The notes under the pieces are model-generated. The model was given only the letters and a program-made list of their open reading frames with translations. It was not told the DNA's origin and made no database searches. Shown in pieces: positions 57,363-64,000 of a stretch of DNA of 64,000 nt (its first letter is position 1; each line of letters starts with the position of its first letter). The stretch is from NCBI GenBank assembly GCA_963796055.1, contig CAWCKH010000003.1:32001-96000 (forward strand), read 5' to 3'. A program made the position numbers and the translations under genes. The DNA comes from an uncultured delta proteobacterium (lineage in GTDB: Bacteria > Myxococcota > Myxococcia > Myxococcales > Myxococcaceae).

Positions 57363-58542
57363 CTAGCCGTAGAGGAGGTGCGGCGCCCGCCGCTCCAGGA
57401 AAGCTGCCTCGGCTCCGTCCAGCAGTGCGGCGACGTCGTCGAACTCCGCACCGTCTTCCAGCGCCCCCCGCACCCGCGCGTTCCCGGCCAGGAGGTCGAA
57501 CGCCGGCACGTCGGTGACGAACTCGTAGGCCTCCTCCCGCCACCGGAAGCGCTCGCCCCCCAGCCGCCGCGCCTCGGCGACCACTGCCAGCCCGGTCTTG
57601 ACCGAGGGGAAGACCGCCGGGTCGATCACGTGCAGGAAGGCGCCCGCGCACGCCAAGCCCCGGTGCTTGTCCCAGGTGGGGACGAAGTGCACCGGCCGGA
57701 CCCGGAGCCCCGGAAGCGCGTGGCGCTCGAGCGCCGCGGTCACCTCGTGTGCCTCGAGGTACGGCGCCCCGAACTGCTCGAAGGGCCGGCACGTCCCCCG
57801 GCCCTCCGAGAGGTTGGTCCCTTCCAGCAGACACATCCCCGGGTACACCTGCGCCGTCTCCGGCGTGGGCATGTTGGGCGAGGGCGGGATGAAGGTCAGC
57901 CGGGTGTCCGCCCAGCGCATCGCCCGCGACCAGCCCAGGCAGGGCACCACCGCCAGGTCACACCCGCAGCCGCTCCTCGGCGTTCAGCATCCGCGCCAGC
58001 TCCCCGAGCGTCATCCCGTGCCGGTTCGGCAGTAGGTACAGCCCGACGAAGCTCCGGAAGCCGGGATCGACCAGGTTGCCCTCCACCCGATCGCCGCCGA
58101 GCGGGTTCGGCCGGTCCAGCACCACGAAGCGCACGCCGGCCTGCGCGCACGCCTCCATCGCCAGGGCCATGGTGTAGACGTAGGTGTAGTAGCGCGCGCC
58201 GACGTCCTGGACATCGAAGACCACCACGTCGAGCCCCTGCAGCCACTCGGGCCTCGGCCGCAGCGACTCCGCCGTGGTGCCGTACAGCGACCGCACCGGC
58301 ACGCCGGTGCGCGGGTCCTTCGCCTCCCCCACCGGAACCATGTACTGGACCTCGCCGCGCACCCCGTGCTCGGGCCCGAAGAGCGCGGCGAGCGTCACCC
58401 CGGGAGCCGCCCAGAGGAGATCCGCGAGGTGCCGGAAGCGGCTGTCCACGCTGGTGGGATTGACGATCGCCCCCACCCGGAGCCCGCGCAGCGCACGGAA
58501 CTGCTCCGCCTCCCACACCTCCAGCCCGGTCCGGACCCGCAT
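57363..58542 (-). pseudogene. namZ: Exo-beta-N-acetylmuramidase NamZ (DUF1343), split by an apparent 1-nt insertion near 57967
   Basis: LFGPEHG, SLYG, DVQDVGARYYTY, LDRPNP, HGMTLGELA in 57958..58542; PPSPNMPT, YPGMCLLEGTNLSEGRGT..PFEQFGAP in 57363..57950. Removing one base gives AEERLGCDLAVVPC. Confidence 0.85.
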
Positions 58543-58574
58543 GGTCGCCGAGCGTACCCCGGCCGCAGCCACGC

Positions 58575-59258
58575 TCAACGGCGAGAGGCGCTCAGCGACC
58601 GCATCGCCTTCTTCTGGGGCTCGAGCGATTTCAGCAGCGCCATGGCCTGCTTCTGCCGGCCCGTCCGCCCGTAGAAGTCCGCCAGGGCCCGGGTGACCAC
58701 CGCGTTCTTCGGCTGCGCCTTGTGCAGGTCGTTGAGGGTGCGCTCCGCCTCGGGCACCCGGCCGGACTTCTCCTGCACGCTGGCCAGCTGCAACTTGAGG
58801 CCGGTGTCGCCGTCGCCGGCGCCGATGAGGTAGCGCAGCTCCTTCTCCGCCTCGGGCCAGTCGCCCGCACGCTGTGAGAGCGCCGCCAGCCGCCGGTGCG
58901 CCTCGACGTAGTCCGCCCGGAGCGCGATCGCCTTACGCTGGGCGGCCCGCGCGCCCTCGATGTCGCCGCGCTCCTCTTCCAGCACTCCCCAGAGGTGGAC
59001 CCCGCGCGGGTTGTCCGGCGCCAGCGCGTACGCCCAGCGGAGGTGCCAGTCCACCCTCTCCAGGGCCTTGCCGAGCTTCAGCCCCAGCCGGGCCGATTCC
59101 AGATGCCCGTAGGGGGACTGTGGCTCGCTCTGGGCCCACCACTCTGCCCAGGCGAGGGCTCCGGCATCGTCGCCCGCGGCCTCGTGGGCGGCGATCTGCT
59201 CAATCGGCGTCGCACCCAGGAGGACGCCCAGCACCACCGCCGCGCTCGCCGCCATCAT
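58575..59258 (-). CDS. Secreted TPR-repeat protein
   Basis: Hydrophobic N-terminus; TPR-like helices AYALAPDNP, AIALRADYVEA, LHKAQPKN. Confidence 0.75.
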   Translation of the reverse strand: MMAASAAVVLGVLLGATPIEQIAAHEAAGDDAGALAWAEWWAQSEPQSPYGHLESARLGLKLGKALERVDWHLRWAYALAPDNPRGVHLWGVLEEERGDIEGARAAQRKAIALRADYVEAHRRLAALSQRAGDWPEAEKELRYLIGAGDGDTGLKLQLASVQEKSGRVPEAERTLNDLHKAQPKNAVVTRALADFYGRTGRQKQAMALLKSLEPQKKAMRSLSASRR

Positions 59259-59343
59259 CTCGGCCGGATGGTACCGAAGCGAGCGACGGGACCTCAACCC
59301 GCTTGACCGGAATGCCCGCCCCGCCACAGAACGTCGCCGCGCC

Positions 59344-61749
59344 GTGCATTTCTCCCCCCGGACACTGGAGGACCTCGCATTTCCAGAGGTCCTGGCCGCC
59401 CTCGGCCAGCGCTGCCGGACCGCGGCGGGGCGGAGCCGTGCGCTGGCCCGTTCATTCCTCGACGACGCCGCCGCCATCCGGGAATCGCTCGCCCGGCTGG
59501 ACGAGGCACGGGCGCTGCTCCAGGCCCAGCTCAGCCTCCCGCTGGGAGGGGTGGCCGACATCCGGGGCGCGGTGGAGCGCGCCGAGAAGAGCGGCATCCT
59601 CGAGCCCCGGGAGCTGACCGCCTGCGCCCAGACGCTGTTCGCCTTCAGCCGGACCCGCGAGGTCCTCCAGGAGCGCTCCGGGATGGCGCCCCGCCTCGCC
59701 TTCGTCGGCCAGCGGCTGCCCGACCTCGAGAAGCTGGCGGTGCGGCTCGACCGGTGCTTCGAGGCCGACGGGGAGATCTCCGAGCGGGCCAGCCCGGCGC
59801 TGAAGGAGGCCCGCGATCGGATCCGTGGGCTGCACCGGGCCATCAAGGCGCGGCTCGACGCCCTCCTCCACGACGAGCGCTTCCTGCTCCACCTGCGCGA
59901 GAACTACTACACGCTCCGGAACAACCGGTACGTGGTCCCGGTGCTGGCCCAGGCCCGCGCCGAGGTGCCGGGCATCGTCCACAACGCCAGCCAGTCCGGC
60001 CAGACGCTGTTCGTCGAGCCCGAGTCGCTGGTGGGCATCGGGAACGACCTGGCCATCGCCCAGTCGGTCGCGCTGGAGGAGGAGCGCCGGGTCCTTCAAG
60101 AACTGTCCGACGCGGTGGGCCGCGAGTCCGCCCGCATCCTGGAGGGGGTGGACGCGGCCGCCGAGCTCGACGAGGCCGAGGCGGCGGCACAGCTCGGGGC
60201 CGACCTCGACGCCTCCACGCCGGTGGTGGAGGAAGCGGACGGGCCGCTCATCCTCCTCCAGCTCCGTCACCCGCTGCTGGCGCTCCGCGGCCGCGCGGTG
60301 GTGGCCAACGACGTCCGCCTGGAGGGCGAGGTACGGGCACTGGTGGTGTCCGGCCCCAACGCCGGCGGGAAGACCGTCACCCTCACCGCAGTGGGGCTCT
60401 GCGCGGTGCTGCTCCGGGCCGGTCTGCAGGTCCCGGCCGCCCCCGGCTCCCGGCTGCCGCTCTTCACCTCGGTGCACTCGGCGGTGGGCGACGCGCAGGA
60501 CCTCGCCCAGGACCTGTCCACCTTCAGCGCCCATGTCCAGGAGCTGAAGCGCATCCTCGAGGGCGCCGGACCGGGGGCCCTGGCGCTCATCGACGAGATC
60601 GCCGCCGACACCGACCCACGCGAGGGAGCCGCTCTGGCCATCTCGGTGCTCGAGGAGCTCACCGGCCGCGGCCTCCGGGTGCTGGTGACCACCCACCTCG
60701 AGGAGCTGAAGGCCCTCACCCACGTGGACCGCCGCTTCCTCAACGCCCGGGTGGGCTTCGACAGCAAGCGGATGGCGCCCACCTACAAGCTGCAGCTCGG
60801 GGCCTCTGGCACCTCGTCCGCCCTCGACCTCGCCTCCCGGATGGGGCTCGCCCCGCACGTGGTGGACCGGGCCCGGGAGCTGGTGCGCAGCTCCGGAGGG
60901 CCGCTGGCCCAGGCGCTCGCCGCGGCGGAGGAGGAGCGACGGGCGCTCTCCGACGAGCTGGAGCGAGCCCGGGCGGCGACCGCCGCCGCCGAGGCCAGCG
61001 CGCGGGCCCTCGCCGCCGAGCGGTCCGAGTTCGCCGAGCAGCGCCGGGCCGAGGAGTCGGCGCACGCCGAGCGCCTCCGGGTCGAGTCGGAACGGGCGCT
61101 GGGCGAGGTCTCGTCCCAGCTCGCCGAGCTGCGGCAGCAGGCGTCGGTCGAACGCGCCGAGGCAGCACGGGCGGTGCTGGCCGCCCAGGCCGAGGCAGCG
61201 CGGGCCCGGGCCGAGGCACTGTCTCGGGAGAATACCCGGGCGACGCTCGCACCGGCGCCGGACACGCTGCGGGTGGGCGACGTGGTGCACCACCTCGGGC
61301 TACGCCGGGACGTCACGGTGCTCGAGCTCGCCGGTGACGAGGTGCTGGTCTCGGCGGGCGCGCTGAAGATGCGGGTACCCCGGACCGAGCTGGCCGGAGC
61401 CCGGGACGAGAAGCCGGTGAGCCGCTTCCCCACCTCGGACCGCGGCCGCACCTCGCTGGATCGCGCCACCCGGGCGGCTCCCGGAGCGCTCGAGGCCCCG
61501 GCGCTCCGGGTGGACGTGCGGGGGCTCCGCGCCGACGAGGCGGTGCGCGAGGTGGAGTCCTTCCTGGACCTGGCCTTCCGGAACGGCGACCCCGGGGTGC
61601 TGGTCCTGCACGGCCATGGCACCGGCGCGTTGAAGCAGGCCGTCCGTGAGTACCTGGAAGACTCGCCCTACGTCCGGATGTACCGTCCCGGGGAGAGCCA
61701 CGAAGGCGGGGACGGGGTGACGGTGGTCGGGTTGCGAGTGGACGAATGA
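59344..61749 (+). CDS. mutS2: Endonuclease MutS2
   Basis: GIVHNASQSGQTLFVEP, SGPNAGGKT, LSTFSAH, LIDE..TDPREG, TTH; C-terminal Smr domain VDVRG..VLHGHGTG..GGDGVT. Confidence 0.96.
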   Translation: MHFSPRTLEDLAFPEVLAALGQRCRTAAGRSRALARSFLDDAAAIRESLARLDEARALLQAQLSLPLGGVADIRGAVERAEKSGILEPRELTACAQTLFAFSRTREVLQERSGMAPRLAFVGQRLPDLEKLAVRLDRCFEADGEISERASPALKEARDRIRGLHRAIKARLDALLHDERFLLHLRENYYTLRNNRYVVPVLAQARAEVPGIVHNASQSGQTLFVEPESLVGIGNDLAIAQSVALEEERRVLQELSDAVGRESARILEGVDAAAELDEAEAAAQLGADLDASTPVVEEADGPLILLQLRHPLLALRGRAVVANDVRLEGEVRALVVSGPNAGGKTVTLTAVGLCAVLLRAGLQVPAAPGSRLPLFTSVHSAVGDAQDLAQDLSTFSAHVQELKRILEGAGPGALALIDEIAADTDPREGAALAISVLEELTGRGLRVLVTTHLEELKALTHVDRRFLNARVGFDSKRMAPTYKLQLGASGTSSALDLASRMGLAPHVVDRARELVRSSGGPLAQALAAAEEERRALSDELERARAATAAAEASARALAAERSEFAEQRRAEESAHAERLRVESERALGEVSSQLAELRQQASVERAEAARAVLAAQAEAARARAEALSRENTRATLAPAPDTLRVGDVVHHLGLRRDVTVLELAGDEVLVSAGALKMRVPRTELAGARDEKPVSRFPTSDRGRTSLDRATRAAPGALEAPALRVDVRGLRADEAVREVESFLDLAFRNGDPGVLVLHGHGTGALKQAVREYLEDSPYVRMYRPGESHEGGDGVTVVGLRVDE

Positions 61750-62582
61750 GCGCGCGCCCGGTCCCCTCGGTCCTGGCACTCGCGCTGGCGGCGTGCGGGT
61801 ACACCGGCAAGTCCATCGACGCCCACGCCCACTTCGAGTCGGAATCGGCGCCGGGGCGAATCCAGCCCAAGATTTCCGGCCGCCCCGACGTGCTCCTGGA
61901 GCAGATGGACCGCTCGGGGGTGGAGCGGGCGGTGCTGCTGGTCGTGCCCCCGACCCCCGACCTGATCGCCATCCGCGAGCTCCACGACCAGGTCGCCGCG
62001 GTGCTCCGTGCGCACCGCGGGCGCTTCTTCGCCGTCGGGGCGGTGCAGCCGTCGGACGGAGAGCCGGGGCTGCGCGAGCTGGAGCGCATCGCCGCCCTGG
62101 GCTACCGCGGGGTGAAGCTCTCGCCGTCGAAGCTCGAGCTGCAGACCCCCGAGGTGCAGGCCTTCGTCGCCCGTGCGACCGCGCTGAAGCTGGTGGTCTA
62201 CATCGAGGGCTGGTGGCCCGGCGCGGCGCACGAGACCGGGAAGCTGGCCCTCGCCTTCCCCCAGGGACGCTTCGTCCTGACCCACATGGGGGGCATCCGG
62301 TTCGACGACGTGCTCGTCTTCCGGCTGCTCGAGCTGTACCCCTTCTACCCCCGGAACGTCTGGTTCGACCTGTCGGCGGTCGCCCCGCTGTACGTGGACT
62401 CGCCGTACGCCGCGCAGCTCCGGTTCGTCTGCCGGTCGGTGGGGACGGACCGCGTTCTCTTCGGCTCGGACTTCCCGCTGACCAACCTCGACGCGGCACT
62501 GCGGGCGGTCAAGGGGATGGGGTTCAGCCGCCAGGAGGAGCAGGCCATCCTGCACGACAACGCCGAGGCGCTGTTCCGCTGA
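61746..62582 (+). CDS. Amidohydrolase family (Amidohydro_2) lipoprotein
   Basis: Lipobox LAAC, IDAHAH, GVKL, LTHMG, FDLS, RVLFGSDFP, NAEALF; ATGA overlap with mutS2. Confidence 0.85.
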   Translation: MSARPVPSVLALALAACGYTGKSIDAHAHFESESAPGRIQPKISGRPDVLLEQMDRSGVERAVLLVVPPTPDLIAIRELHDQVAAVLRAHRGRFFAVGAVQPSDGEPGLRELERIAALGYRGVKLSPSKLELQTPEVQAFVARATALKLVVYIEGWWPGAAHETGKLALAFPQGRFVLTHMGGIRFDDVLVFRLLELYPFYPRNVWFDLSAVAPLYVDSPYAAQLRFVCRSVGTDRVLFGSDFPLTNLDAALRAVKGMGFSRQEEQAILHDNAEALFR

Positions 62583-62586
62583 GGAG

Positions 62587-64000
62587 TCAGCGCCGGCGGC
62601 GCTTGCCTGGACCGCTTCCCGCGCCGCCCCGACGTCCAGAGTCCGCCGGCCCACGCTGGCCTCGCCCTCCGTCGCGAGTGGCGTTCGGAGCACGACCGCC
62701 CGGACGTGACCCCGTGCCCGCCGCACCTCGTCGCTGCTGCGCGGCGAGTGCTCGCAGACGGTCGAAGCCGGGATGCGTCGAACCGCCCGGGACCGGAGCA
62801 TCGACCGCGGAGCTCTCCGGATGCCCGGTCTTCCGTGCATGCTTCCGGGCGCCCTGGCGCGACCCGGCGTCCTGCCCTCGCCGCCCGTCGTCGCCCTGCG
62901 CCTCGCCACCGCGCCGCTTTCCTGCGTGGTGCGCCGGCGCCGCGGCCCGCTCCGGACGTTGCTGGCGCTGGTTCCGCTCGGTGCGCTCCAGCTCGATCCG
63001 CTCCGCACCGCCGCGGCGGCGCGGCGGCCGCTCCCCGGCGAACGCCACCACGTCGAAGTCCATCTGCCGGCGCTGCACGTGGACGCTCGCCAGCCGCACC
63101 GTCAGCGCCTGGCCCACCTGCACCCGCCGCCCGCTCGGCCAGACCAGCGCGCCCACCACCAGCCGGTGCCCCGGCCCGAGGTCGTCGCCGCGAACCAGGC
63201 CCTCGACGTGCTCGGCATCCAGCTCGACGAAGAAGCCAAAATCGGTGAGCGAGGACACGGTCGCCGCGAACTCCTCGCCGACCCGATCCTCCATCAGCAG
63301 GCAGGCGTAGAGCGCGTTCACCTCGCGCTCGCACTTCATCGCCGCTCGCTCGCGCTCGGAGCTGTGCTCGGCCATCCGCCGCAGCTCTTCCGTCTCCCGC
63401 TCGACGTCGCGCTCGGAACGCCCCCGCTGGCTCCGTTCCCAGTGCGCGCGGAGCAGCCGGTGCACGAGGAGGTCCGGGTACCGCCGGATGGGCGAGGTGA
63501 AGTGCAGGTACTCCTCCGCGCCCAGGCCGTAGTGGCCGACCTCGTCCGGGGAGTAGACGGCCTGCATCATCGACCGGAGCAGCAGCTGGTTCAGCGCCCG
63601 CTGACCCGGGTGCCCCACCAGACTGCGCATGAAGAGGTTCAGCTCGCGCGAGGTCGGCTCGCCCTTGCCCGGCACGGTGAAGCCGTGCGCCCGGGCCAGC
63701 TCGGCGAAGACGGCGAGCTTGTCCGGGTCCGGTTCGCCGTGGAACCGGTACACGGAGGGCAGCCCCCGCTCCTGGAAGTACGCCGCCACCGCCTCGTTCG
63801 CGGCCAGCATGCAGTCCTCGACGATGCGGTGGCTCTCCAGCCGCTCGCGCCGCACCATCCGGACCGGCCGGCCCTGGTCGTCGAGCTCGGGGCGGGTCTC
63901 CGGGAGGTCGAAGTCGATGGCCCCGCGCTGCTCGCGGACCTTCCGCAAGGTCCGGCCCAGGCGCTGCAACCGCTGGAAGAGCGGCCGGAACCGGTCGCGG
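62587..64000 (-). CDS. rnr: Ribonuclease R, 3' part (5' end outside the window)
   Basis: RGAIDFD, VEDCMLAANEAVA, HYGL..YLHFTSPIRRYPDLLVHR, S1 domain, basic tail. Confidence 0.96.
   Translation of the reverse strand, partial: RDRFRPLFQRLQRLGRTLRKVREQRGAIDFDLPETRPELDDQGRPVRMVRRERLESHRIVEDCMLAANEAVAAYFQERGLPSVYRFHGEPDPDKLAVFAELARAHGFTVPGKGEPTSRELNLFMRSLVGHPGQRALNQLLLRSMMQAVYSPDEVGHYGLGAEEYLHFTSPIRRYPDLLVHRLLRAHWERSQRGRSERDVERETEELRRMAEHSSERERAAMKCEREVNALYACLLMEDRVGEEFAATVSSLTDFGFFVELDAEHVEGLVRGDDLGPGHRLVVGALVWPSGRRVQVGQALTVRLASVHVQRRQMDFDVVAFAGERPPRRRGGAERIELERTERNQRQQRPERAAAPAHHAGKRRGGEAQGDDGRRGQDAGSRQGARKHARKTGHPESSAVDAPVPGGSTHPGFDRLRALAAQQRRGAAGTGSRPGGRAPNATRDGGRGQRGPADSGRRGGAGSGPGKRRRR

Overview
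High-GC myxobacterial (Myxococcota) chromosomal segment; the assignment rests on a clear FrzS orthologue in the aldA-ECF sigma-anti-sigma-frzS order. From left to right: partial hemB; an internally deleted, frameshifted class II photolyase; a complete trpEGDCFBA operon facing a complete shikimate pathway with two unusual fusions (AroC-AroK and AroQ-GAF), the aro genes being split by a ~6.3 kb block (LysR, cNMP-TrxB-like oxidoreductase, two tandem paralogous secreted proteins); radical SAM, ald, ECF sigma/anti-sigma, frzS; coaX/birA; a double HARE-HTH plus degenerate Mrr-fold protein; a decayed ClpX-type zinc finger; a PQQ-type beta-propeller; an 11-copy 79-bp tandem array rich in inverted repeats; a tightly packed operon with Yip1, TolC, MFP, ABC ATPase, two MacB-type permeases, an atypical DUF692/MNIO enzyme and a membrane-anchored unknown; a Clp ATPase; DUF2520; an alkB-like gene with a candidate LexA box; an Omp85-metallopeptidase; nadD; frameshifted namZ; TPR protein; mutS2; amidohydrolase; partial rnr. 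No tRNA, rRNA, CRISPR array, transposase or integrase was recognised. The best candidates for something undescribed are the 79-bp array and the adjacent MNIO-exporter operon that lacks a visible precursor peptide. Several frameshifts suggest possible assembly indel errors, so fusions and pseudogenes need read-level confirmation. All family calls are by motif recognition, not database searches.
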